From Octopus vulgaris (Eukaryota), in contig OX597815.1 in the NCBI GenBank assembly GCA_951406725.2, positions 65,038,001 through 65,102,000 of the forward strand: a stretch of DNA of 64,000 nt. Reading direction: 5' to 3'. Numbering within the stretch: position 1 is the first letter of the stretch; each line of letters starts with the position of its first letter. The notes under the pieces were generated by a model. It had not been told where the DNA came from. It searched no databases and saw only the letters and a list, made by a program, of their open reading frames with translations. Of the stretch, positions 39,856-51,980 are shown piece after piece. The position numbers were made by a program, and so were the translations under genes.

Positions 39856-41482
39856 TTGCGGCCAAAATGTTCAGAACTGCATTGTTTTCGTCAGAAAAGT
39901 AGGTAAAAGTTTTTATCAAAGTTGTTTTATATTCTATAATTTTCACAGACAATAAATACGATATTAATTATTATTGTCTGAGATTTTGGTGTAATTTGAG
40001 AGGATAATACAAAAGTTATGGATGATTTAGTGATTTACTGCAAAACCCATGGCTGCCAAAATGATCAGAATGGTTGAAAAAAATAACAAAATAATCAAAA
40101 ATGACAGAGAATACTGGAATTATTTAATATTTAGTGTGAAGCCCTTTAGCTTCAATCACACTTTGACATCTTCGACTGCATGAGGAAATTAAATTTTCAA
40201 TTTATTGCTGGGTGATCTTATTCCATTCTTCCTGAAGGGCATTCCATAATTGCTCGGTTGTTTTAGGATTTCTGGCTTTCAAATGTTCTCCTAGAATATT
40301 CCAAACATTTTCAATAGGATTGAGATCTGGGCTTTGAGCAGGCCAATCCATAACAATAACCTTTTCAACCTTGAGGAAGTTCATGACCACCTTAGCCTTG
40401 TGACATGGGGCATTGTCCTGCATGAATATAGGTGGTCGCTTAGTTGAATTTCTCAGCACAAGCAAGACATGATCTTTTACAAGTTGTTTATAAACTCCTG
40501 CATTTACCTTTCCATGTAATCGCACCAAAGGGCCCACACCATCTCCAGATATCATCCCCCAAACCATGACACTTCCTCCACCAAATTTAACACTAGTCTT
40601 AAGGCATTTAGGCAACAATTTTTCACCTACTTTTCGATGAACGTACCTCTTTTCCCATCTGAGCCAAATAACATAAACTTAGATTCATCACGGAAATGCA
40701 GTTTACCATTTCTCTTGAGACCACAACACATGTTCGGTTGCAAAGGTAAGACGACACTTTTTATTCTTGGAGCTGATCAGTGGCTTCACTGCAGGTGCTC
40801 TTGCTTGTAGGTCATGTTCAACTAAACGACAAGACACAGTTTTTCGAGATAAAATTTTCTTCAGTACAATGCTCATTTTCCCAGAAACAGCAGCAGCAAT
40901 TTTAAATCTGTCCTTTTAAACCAACTTTACTATAGCACAATCTTCTCTCTTGGTCGTTTTTCTTGGCCTACCTGTAGACTTTCTTGCTTCACACAAACCA
41001 CAATCATCGTAGACCTTAAGAATACCATGAACAACACTTTTTGACTTGTTAACAATCTTTGCAATAGACCCAATACTTAAATTATCCTTCTTTCGAAGCT
41101 TAATAATCTGCTGACGAATTGGTAACAGAGTAAGTGGCATTATATTAACAAAGTACACTGCAGATATTTTTACTAATGTTTAGTAAACGAACCGTCAGGT
41201 AAACAAATTCAAAACATTAGAGTTCGCCGGTTAAATATACTAAAACACAGAGTAAAAGTAACCGTTCTGATCATTTTGGCTGCCATGGTTTTGCAGTAAA
41301 TCACTAAATCATCCATAACTTTTGTATTATCCCCTCAAATAACACCAAAATCTCAGACAATAACAATTAATATCGTATTTATTGTCTGTGAAAATTATAG
41401 AAAATAAAACAACTTTGATAAAAAAATTATACCTACTTTTCTGACGAAAACGATGCCATTCTGAACATTTTGGCCGTAACTG
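39853..41482 (-). mobile_element. Full-length Tc1 (DD34E) transposon with ~223-bp IR/DR-type TIRs
   Basis: TIRs at 39853-40075 and 41260-41482 (cagttRcggccaaaatgttcagaa), each with an inner direct repeat gccaaaatgatcagaa. TA on the left. Confidence 0.95.
40124..41140 (-). pseudogene. Tc1 transposase pseudogene
   Basis: MPLTL..GRPRKTT..FRDESK..GGGSVMVWG..QDNAPCH..SPDLNPIE (34 residues D to E)..AKGLHTKY*. Premature stops at 40916 and 40202. Confidence 0.92.
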
Positions 41483-42564
41483 TGTGTGTATGTATGTGTG
41501 TGTGTGTGTGTGTATATATATATGTATATGTGTGTATATGTTTGTGTGTGTGTATGTATGTGTGTGTGTGTGTATATATATATGTATATGTGTGTATATG
41601 TTTGTGTGTCTGTGTTTGTCCCCCCAACATCGCTTGACAACCGATGCTGGTGTGTTTATGTCCCTGTAACTTAGCAGTTCAGCAAAAGAGACCAATAGAA
41701 TAAGTACTAGGCTTACAAAGAATAAGTCCTGGAGTCGATTTGCTCGACTAAAAGCAGTGCTCCAGCATGGCCACAGACAAATGACTGAAACAAGTAAAAG
41801 AGTAAAGGCAAAAGAGTAGGGGTTTTTTTTTTGTAATCAGTTGTTTTTGCATATTTGAAGAGATTATTATGATAAAAATCAAAATGACAAATTACCTCAT
41901 TCATTTAGTTCCTCAATCACAAGATATAAACATATATCAACACAAGATAAATGCCAAAAAAATACTCTGAAGGTATTTGCAACACCTAAGTTAAGGCTAG
42001 ACCTCCATGTAATTCAGCAATATTTTAAACAAGTTATCTTTACTGCTAGACTAGCTACAAGCAAACACAAATTTCTAATGTAACATTTCCTACCAGCTGT
42101 GTATTTAAAGAAATGTGGTTCTTTACAGTAGAGAACAGCCACATTCAGTTTCTTTCAAATGGCTAGATAGATCTATATTCTAAGCAGCCTAAGGGAATTA
42201 GGAGTTTACAGAAGTATGATTTTGGAAATGAATAGCAGAAGAGAAAACATTTTGCAAGCACAGGCAGTTATGGAAAAAAAAAAAAAATGAATGTATTTTA
42301 AACAAGCCAGATATCGTAACATTCAACAGGGATATGATTATGAGGTTTCTTTTAATTTATTTTTTTAAATATGAGGGAAACTTTTTAAACTACGAAGAAA
42401 AAAATTAACAAGCTTTGTTCCTTATTCATCATCATCACCATCATATAAACATAGAAATGAAGTTTATAAAGCATTCCGTGTGTAAAAATTTTGTATGGGG
42501 GTATGCAGCAGTTTTCTTTGAATGAAGGAAAATCATCGTTTGTAATTCATTTGTAAAAGTAGCA

Positions 42565-43190
42565 ACATCATCATCATTTTAATCTCCATTTTTCTATGCT
42601 TGCTTGGGTTAGACCAATGGTTCTCATCCATTTTTTACCCATGGACCTCTTTGATTCCTATTTTATTAAAGTAGACCCTCAAAGTCATTCAGTCTATAAA
42701 GTCCTATAATATCTTTATAATTAAATATCATTAGGTACTGTATGAAAATTGTTAAAATATTCTATGTATTATAGAGGTGGAACCAATTTATTACACATAA
42801 AGTTTAATAAAATCTTATATGGATTCCCAAAGATCATATGGACCTCAGCTGAGATTTTGACATAATTTGTTGAGCCAGATTTTCTATGGCCCAATACCCT
42901 TCCATTCACCAACCCTGAATAATCCTAATACCCAGACATGTTTTTCAAAGAAGACAGTGATGCTAGTTTACAACCATCACATGATATTGAGACAAAGGTA
43001 CACCCAAATACCCACTCATCCACCCACACACATGTATATACATGACAGGCTTCTTCCATTTTCCATCAACTAACTCCACATTGGTCAGCATAGTAGAAAG
43101 CACTTGCCAAAGGTGCTGCACAGTGAACTAAACTCAAAGCCACAAGGGTGGGAAGTAAGCTTCCTAACCACACTGCCATGCCTATGCATA
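42565..43190 (-). mobile_element. Degenerate RTE-tailed SINE containing a ~240-bp hAT-like MITE relic (~42613-42860)
   Basis: SINE tail and head flank caatggttctca...cagctgaga ends. Confidence 0.5.
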
Positions 43191-44614
43191 TTTTCAAAAT
43201 AATATCTTCAGCAATATTTTGAACACTAAGTGAGATGCAAAATTTACTGACAGTTTCTTTTGTTCATTTTTTCAAATACTTATGAGCTTACAATTAAGAA
43301 TTTGACGAATAAACTTCAATGCTGACAATTCCATTATATTTACAAACAAAGGTATTCAGAAAACATTACAGAAAATCAAAGTGTTTTCACAAAACTTTTC
43401 TTGAAAATATAACATACTCCAAGGAAAATGGTGCTTTATAAAGTGCATTGTTCAGAGATTTCTGTGCACATTTTCAATTCTGACAATAAGCTATGGCTGT
43501 AAACATTTCAAATACATTTTGCAAGGTCACAGATATATGTATATACAATCATTTATTGCATTAATCAGTATATTGATAGGGAAGGTGACACATTGCATTA
43601 TTGAGACATTTGAATTTTACTGTACATAGTAAGAGAAATCAGTTTATGATATTATCCACATTCCATAACCTATATATTAAATTTTACAACAAAAAAAAAT
43701 TCAATAATACTGTTTACAGATAATGAAAAATAATATTAAAAAAAAGAAAGCAATAACTTTAGATATAATTATATTTATAAACAGCATTTTGTGAATGTTT
43801 ATTTTGAATTGTTCAAATATTCATACACAATTATTGCAGAGATATAAGGTCAAATTTTACATCATTTCAATAATATTCAACCTTAATGAATAGGCTAAGC
43901 ATCCACTCTCACTACAAGTGCACACACACTATTATATGCACCCATCTACATATTTCAAATTTAATAAAAGTGCAATGCTTGTATATGCTAAGACTATGAA
44001 ATAGTTAAAAATATGGATTAAATTTCTAATACATGTATTGTTTTCTCTCATTACATTAAAACCCTATGTGCAAATACCCGGTTCATTTCCTGGTTCAATG
44101 GTTCAAAATGTAAAAACAAATCTGACATTACACACTCATGTATGATTTTGCTCAAATGGCAGAAAGGCTCTAAGATCATTGAAAATATAAGTCTTAGATG
44201 TACAGAAACTTAAATTCTAAAAATATCATCATATAAACATCCATGTTCCATGCTGGCAAGGGTTGGATATTTTAACAGAATCCAATTGGTCCAAGGACTG
44301 CATTGTGCTCCAGTGTCTGCTTTTGCATGGTTTCTACAGCTGGATGACCTTTCTAACACCAACAACTGTACTCTAGTGCAAATGCTTTCTCATGGCACTT
44401 GTATTAATGAAGTTGCTATGCAACTTGCTAGACTACAATGATTTAGGAGAGGGGAGCATCTTTATGCTAGGAGATTAGGGGCTGCTGGTATCAAGATGGT
44501 ATCCAATCACAAACAATTTAACCTTGATTTTTAGTGAACGTTTTACAGCTTTCTTTTCTTCTTCCAAAAATTACTGAGAAACAGAAATGCAACAATATGT
44601 CCTCATCTCATTAT

Positions 44615-44990
44615 CCTCATTTAATATTCACTTTCCCATGCTTGTATGGACCAGGTAGAATTTGTTGAAGCTGATTTTCGACAGCTGGATGTTTTCTGCT
44701 GCCAATTCTCACCTGATTCCAAGCAAGGGAATATTTCCTCCATGGAAGACTGGAAATGAACATCATTTCTATGGTGGTAATGCTCATTTACAATCACCAT
44801 AACATCTCGAGACAAGGGCACTTACAAATACATATAAATATATGATGCACTTTTAATTTCTGTCTACCAAATCCACTCACACAAACTTTGATCAGCCAAG
44901 GACTATAGTAGAAGACAACTGCCCAGGGTGATGTTCAGTAGGACTGAACCCAAAACCACATAGTTGTGAAGCAAGCTTTTTAATGACACA
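44615..44990 (-). mobile_element. tRNA-derived SINE with RTE-like tail
   Basis: Reverse complement of the core (tctaccaaatccactcac..ggactgaaccc). Confidence 0.7.
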
Positions 44991-45192
44991 GAAAACCACT
45001 ATGTTCTAGTTAACTAGCTGCCTGTAACTTTGAAATAAGCACATATTGGCAAAACAAGAACATAAGGACAAACCCACTAGAAACTCACTACATATAAATC
45101 TAGAAATATTGCCAGAACTAAACCTCGCTTTTACATATTTATAAATTTAGGATTCACCAAATTGAAAGAGATCTCCAAATACAGTTGTATTA

Positions 45193-47274
45193 CACTACTC
45201 TACAAAGTTTTTGGTGTTTAGGAAATAGACATCTTTTTGAGCTCTCAGATCTAGTTTTTAAGTCTATAGTCACTATGTATGTGTGTACGTCCGGTACGCA
45301 GTGTTCGTTATCTTATTCTAATTTTAAGTTTGTTTTTTTTTCTTCTTTTTCCATACTTTTTAGATTTTGTGGTGAATTAAGCAACAGAAAATGAGCAAGA
45401 TGTCCTCCTCAAGAAAATGTTGCGTTAATTCTGCAAATGTGTTTTGTTATGTTTGTGGAGAATAGACATTACCTGGAAATTGAAGAAACATCACTAATTT
45501 TGTTGAAAGAGCATATATGGCATATTTTGGGTCAAGCAGGGAGACCAAGATAAATATTGGGCACTGTATAGTGTCTGCAAACAATGTACAGAACATTTGA
45601 AACAATGGACCAAAGGGACATGAAAAAGTATGAGGTTTGCTACACCAATGGTATGGAGGGAGCCCTATAATCACGTGGATGACTGCTATTTTTGTAACCT
45701 AAATTTGAAGAGTATTAAATAGAAAAATTGACAAATGCTTGTCTATCCTAATCTTGCCTGTGTTATTAGACCGGTTCCACACAGTGAAAAGCTTCTTGTT
45801 CCTGTCTTTAATGTCTTGTCTCAGATAACTTTACCCTCAACCAAAGAAGATTCATCACTTGAAGATGACACCAGAGATCAAGACTTTTCAGTGGAGTCTT
45901 TACCTCATCTATTCTCCCAGGTAGAACTGAATGATCTAGTTCATGACTTGAAACTCCCAAAAAATTCTCCAGAACTGTTGGCATCCTGACTGAAAGTGAA
46001 GAATCTTCAAGAGAATGGTGTCTGTATAACCTTTATCAGAGTCGGCATGAAGAGCTTCTTTCTTTCTTCACAAAAGAAGGTTTATTGGGCTTCTTAATAA
46101 ACTTGGCATTGAGGAATACAAGCCAGAGGAATGACATCTTTACATAGACAATTCTAAGCATAGTCGAAAATGTGTATTATTGCACAACAGAAATGTGTAT
46201 GGTTCTGTCCCACTTGGCTACTCAACAACTCTGAGGGAAAAATTAAAAATTAAGTTGGTTTTAGAGAAGACACTGTATCAATGGTGAATTTTCTTATGGA
46301 ACAGCAATCTGGTTATACCAGATACCCATGCTTTCTTTGCATATGGGACAGTAGAGACCGAGTAAACCACTATGTTAAGAAAGACTGGCTACTGCAAATA
46401 AATATGGCTCCATGTAGAGCTGCCAATATATTGGAAGAACCTTTAGTTAAGCAAGATAAGATCATTTTCCCCACTTTACACATTAAACTCGGATTGATCA
46501 AGCAACTTGTCAGAGCTCTTGACAAAAATGGGGTGTGCTTCGAGAATATCTGCAGTGTATTTCCAGACTTGGTGATTGAAATACTTAAAGCAGGGATCTT
46601 TGATGGACCACAGATCCGTAAGCTCTTGAAGGACACAAATTTCATGAAAACAATGAGCGAAAATGAAGCATCAGCTTGGCTATTCTTTGCAGAAGTAATG
46701 CAAACTTTCCTTGGGAATCACAAGACCTTGTTAATAACTTGATATCAGCTTTTCGTAATATTGGCGTGAACATGAGCATTAAAATGCATTATCTTTTTAG
46801 TTATAGTGATCGTTTTCCTGAAAATCTCAGAGATGTTAGTGATGAACAAGACAAACAATTCTATCAGAGCATCAAGGAGATAGAAACTCGGTACCAAGGA
46901 CATTGGGATGCTGTGATGATGGCAGACTATTGCTGGTGTTTAAAACGAGATACTCCTATTGCTCAACATTTATGGTGCACAAAGAAGTGTAAATATATTC
47001 CTTCAATTTTCTGCCCAAAATATTTGCCAATGTGCATTTTCAATTTTGAATTTTTATTTGTACTTTGTTTTGTTTTGTGTTACACTCTCTTTATTGATCC
47101 ATATTATATGCCTTTTGTATGAATAAAATACTTACTCTATCAGGTCTAGTCAGAAAACTAGACCTGATAGAGAAAAAAACTGTAGTTATTTTTGAATTTA
47201 GTAGGCAAAATCACATACAAATTCATTGAAATATTCCAGGCACCAGACAAGAACAATTTTTTCATTGCCCAGTG
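45193..47274 (+). mobile_element. Chapaev3 (CMC) DNA transposon, decayed
   Basis: Ends tta|CACT...AGTG|tta (3-bp TTA TSD). Peptides CCVN..FCYVCGE, GDQDK, PMVWREP.NHVDDCYFC, GYTRYPCFLCIWDSR, LHIKLGLIKQ, AGIFDGPQIR, MSIKMHYL, RYQG.W..MADYCW. Frameshifts and stops present. Confidence 0.85.
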
Positions 47275-47454
47275 TTATCAGAGCATTTTGGAATACATAC
47301 ACTACCGCCACTTATGAAAACATTACAGTACAGAACAACTTGAATGTTAAAGCTTTTCAAATTACAATTACTTTTGGAAATTTAGACACAAAACATGTTT
47401 CCAAAAAATAATAAAACCCATTGGTGAATAAAGTGTTGATGAAGCACAGTGTAG

Positions 47455-47840
47455 CTTCAATCGTGGGTGAGTGGATAAGTTTGCTTCCTAACCACATGGT
47501 CTTGTGTTCCATCCCACTGTATGGCACTTCAGGCAGATGCCTTCTAACATAACCTCAGACTGACAAATGAATGCCTTGTGAATGAAATTTGGTGAACAGA
47601 AACTACATATGCATACAGCCCACTGTAATCATATGCATACATAACTCATGCATGTGTGTTTCCACCAGATAGTAATTGTGTAACCAAAAATGATAATGTT
47701 TACATCCCATAAACAATATGTGTCAACTCATGGTTTCATCATATGAAACAAAAATAACAAGTGTTGGCACAGAATACTGTCTCAAGAACTATTTCAACCT
47801 ATGCAAGCATGGAAAGAATGGATGTAAAAACAATGATGAT
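47455..47840 (+). mobile_element. Degenerate SINE
   Basis: Head and RTE-like tail remnants (gcaagcatggaaag..ggatgtaaaa..gatgat). Confidence 0.55.
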
Positions 47841-49418
47841 AACAACTACAATAGCTTATATAAGACAAAGTGGCATATACAGCAGTATCAAATAACAACA
47901 TCATCATCATTCTAATGTCCATGTTTGCATGTGTCATACAGTGTACCCACCAAAACAAAACTGGCTACAATAAAATGTATGATGCAGAGGCAAATTCCCA
48001 CAACAGACATACAGGAGAGAAAAATGAATAGGAACTTGGAAAGCAAGATATCGTGTGACCTTACTTTAATTATTTATAACATTGTTTTCAAATACTTTTA
48101 TCAATGCTAACAGTTTATATGAGAGTACATTTTGCCCTGGAAAAGAATTCCGTTAGAAATTCAGAACTATAAAAAGTTGGCACCAAGAGGAAAGTGTTAT
48201 AATGCAAAATGGTTCTATAGTAGTTGACACAATGAAAGAGATGTCAACTTTTTATCCATCAGCTGTTCATCAGACCCCACCACACATAATTTCTGGAAAA
48301 CCAGCCACAGTTATCAGTAAATACAAATTGTCCAACTTCTTTACTTCTATACAGCCAATATATGGGTAGTCTTCTATTTTGATTCAATCAAAAGAGATCA
48401 TACTACAAACTAGTTTTAAAAATGTATTAATATTAACATTGTATCTAATTCTTTTCTAATGTAACATTTATTTTTACTTACAATGTCTGGTAACTGTGAT
48501 ATGAAAATAAGATATATGCAGTTTCTTTGTTTTTAAGGTTGTGTGTGGAAGAGGGTTGTAAATGAAGCTTTTGTAAATGTTTTCTCAAGGTGAGAGAAAA
48601 CCACGGAGGAAAAGAAAGTTTCCATTAATTGTAGTGAATTTATTATTTTTTTTTAGAGTGTGTAGGATGTAAAGAATCTGTGTGGAGTGCAATAAGTAAA
48701 TGACTGGCATCTGTAAGATATGCCATTCAAACATTTTATATCTCCTGCAACTGTTGCAAAGAACCTCACTACAAATACCCAACACTGAAATGCTAATTTA
48801 GAAGGTATATTTCACTTTTTTGATATCTTACTTTAACAACTATATTAAATTTAGTTTACATGAAAATGAAATTTCAACAGATTTAAATGTATTTTGTTAA
48901 AAATGAATATCCACTATTTTTCATAACTTTATTTTCAAATATTCATAATTATCTCTTAATAATTTCTCTTCCAACTTTTTATTCAGTGACTGTCATGGCA
49001 TTTTCTCAGTCAGAAATTACTATAAATATATAAAAGGAAGAAACTGCCAATCCCTACAAAATTCAGCATGTATCCAAGACAGCACTGCCATCACCATATG
49101 CATATTTTGGACTACATCCAATTAAAGCCATGCTTTTAACAAATCAGAACTCAACAACTTTCTTTAATCCTTTTTTATATTACAGAATCGCATTATGTTT
49201 CCATATCTACTATCATTACTACAATGGTCTCCTCTGAATTTGAAGACTAAATCACTCTGACTTAAATCCATTTATCACACCTGACTGTCTTTTCTCCAGC
49301 ATGTCATCAGTATGTCACATTTTTCATCATATGCTAAAATATTTTATCAATTGTTTCCTTTCCAGAATTTTACCTCACTCAATCCTTCCTAAACTTAAGT
49401 GTTCCTTTCAAAAATATA

Positions 49419-50660
49419 CAGGGTCATTCCATAAATAATGTGGTTTTCTTATATTTCTTTCGTTTTTCAAAATTAAGATAAACAAAGTTCTTTTTTAATC
49501 TAAAATATACTCTCCTTCATTTTCTACAATGCTCTTCCATATATCAGGTAGACTTGCAAGGCCTCTCTTCCAAAATTCACTTGTCCTTGACAAAAGATAC
49601 TCCTCTAGTACTGTTCTGACTCACCTACAGAATTCATAATTTTTCCATCCAAAGGATTTTGAAGACTGCAGAATAAATGATAATCAGATGTGGCAATGCC
49701 CGGCAAGTAGAGTGGGTGGGGCATTGTTTCCCATTCAAATTGCTCCAGCCTTTGGAATGTCATCCTTGCTGTATATGGCTGAGCATTATCCAGATGGAAG
49801 AACACCTTTCATTTAGAAACCAAAGATGGTAATTTTTCTTCTAGCACTGACTTAGGCTACTCAAGGTACTTGCAGTAGATCTTTGTTATCATTTAGTTCA
49901 AAGTGGACTAAACCTTTCACATCCAGCAAACAGATATCAACACCACCTTATGTGGGTGAAGACCTTCTTCAGCCTGGGGTACCGGTGTTTCTTCTTTCCT
50001 TACCCACTGTCTTTGGCATTTGACATTTTTATAGAGAACCTATTTCTCATCACCAGTCACTATTCAGTCCAAAAAGGTTTGTTTGAGATGTGATGGCAAA
50101 GAAGAGCACACATTCACTCTCTGCATGCAATTAGACTCAGAAAGTTTGTGAGGAACCCATTGACCCAATTTGCTAACTTTTCTGATGGCACGTAGGTGTC
50201 AATGAATGGCTGAATGACAAAATTCAAGCTTCTCTGCTAGTTCCTCAACAGTTATGATAGGATTTTGTTCCACCGGGGTTTGCAGGATGTCCTCATTGAA
50301 CTCTACAGATTTTCCAGGACAAGTCTCGTCTTCTAGGCTGTAGTTTCAGGCTCGGAATTTCTGGAACCACCATTGACACTGGCTTACACTTATTGTCCAA
50401 TCCCTATATACTGCATTAATATTCCTTGCACTTTCCATTGCATTGTTGCCTTTATTGAACTCATAAAACAAAATATGTCGAATGTACTCCTTTGTCACTT
50501 CCATTAGAGCTTTGAAAAAATAACTTAAAATCGAACTGCACTCTTCAAAAGTTGCACTAAGAATAAGGACAAGATAAAATTACTACGTGCTTTTATAGCA
50601 AGTTGATGCAGGTAGTTTATCCTATCCCCCTCTGACTTTTAGTTCGTGAAATTGAAAAAA
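49419..50660 (-). mobile_element. Mariner (Mos1-like) transposon with pseudogenised transposase (~49495-50504)
   Basis: MEVTKEYIRHILFYEF..WVPH..HLDNAQP..HPLYLPGIATSDYHLF..WKSIVENEGEYILD*. Only the TIR at ~49419 is clear. Confidence 0.88.
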
Positions 50661-51549
50661 AGCACAAGCTAAACATTGACCCCCTAAACCCTTGCTTATC
50701 TGAAGAAGTCTAGAAAGGTTACTAGAAAACTGTCACAACTTCCTCTTAACTATGTATTAAAAACATCCTTTTCTATTTTACTATTCAAAGATTAAAGCAA
50801 GTAACAGAGTAAGAAATCTAAAAAGTACTCTTTGACCTGTACTGGATAGAAGAATTGGCTTGCAGCCTGCATTTCAAGCATTTTTACAACTTACTTTGAG
50901 AGTGTTCATTAAATATCAGTTAGCTTCAGATAAATAATATATTACAACTACATTTGAAACACAGCTTCTTTGTGTCTTTAATTATAAGGCAAAGAAAAAG
51001 AATAGGGGGGGGGGTAGGAATTCAGTACAATCAATAGAAATTAACTCAAAGAGTTAATAACTGAGCAAAATTGATGGAATCATTAAACTTAAAATAACTA
51101 AACCATAGATAACTATAGCAAGGTAGTCAATTTTAAATTAACAATTTACACTTGTACTAAATTTGACTAGATTTCTGTTTCTTTTCCTTCTTTCTGTAAT
51201 ACAAAACAGTAATTTATTTTTAGGAGGTTGAAATAAGGTAATAATCAGGCCAAATGATTGTTACCGTTCATATAAATGATACATAAGATTATTTTGTTTC
51301 CTTTCTTTCTTTCTTCTGAGTATTAATATAAACATTTTTTTTTCAGCATTATCATTAATGTATCTTCCTTGATATTTTAAGTTCAGCTATGAAACGAGCA
51401 AATGGATATGCATAAAGTTTATTGGCATGTTGTGTATATATGTCCTGGAAATTTATTTTGAAAACTCATATGAGGTGCAGAATTTGATGAAGGAGCTATA
51501 AATCACACATAAAATTTCTATACAGTCTAGAATTATAATATTAAGTTCT

Positions 51550-51980
51550 GGGCACAGGTATAACTACGTGGTTAAGAATTTTGCTTCCCAATCAAATGGT
51601 TGAGTTCAGTCCCTCGGCATGGTACTTTGGCAAGTGTTTTTTATACTATAGCCTCAGGCCAAACAAAACCTTCTGAATGAATTTGGTAGAAGAAACTGAA
51701 AGAAGTTCATCATATATCATCATCTTAACATCCATTGTCCATGCTGACATACACACACACACATCCATGTGTATGAGTTATGGTTGTGCCTCCTCGTCTT
51801 GATATCGCATGATATTTGTAAATGAGTGTCACAGTCAAACAAGCAATTTTATTCATTTCCAATATTCTGCAACAACATGCTTGGAAACAGGTGAGGGTTG
51901 GTGATAGGAAAGGCATTCAGTCTTAGAAAATCTGCCTCCATACATGGATAAGTGGACATTAAAAATGAGGATGATGATGA
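51550..51980 (+). mobile_element. tRNA-derived SINE with RTE-like tail
   Basis: Head, core and a ggacattaaaaatgaggatgatgat terminus. Confidence 0.7.

Larger units (their letters stand above)
39653..41815 (+). mobile_element. tRNA-derived SINE split by a Tc1 insertion in its internal (TA)n
   Basis: Head/core at 39653-39797, then (TA)n, the Tc1, and the SINE 3' half at ~41600-41815. Confidence 0.88.
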
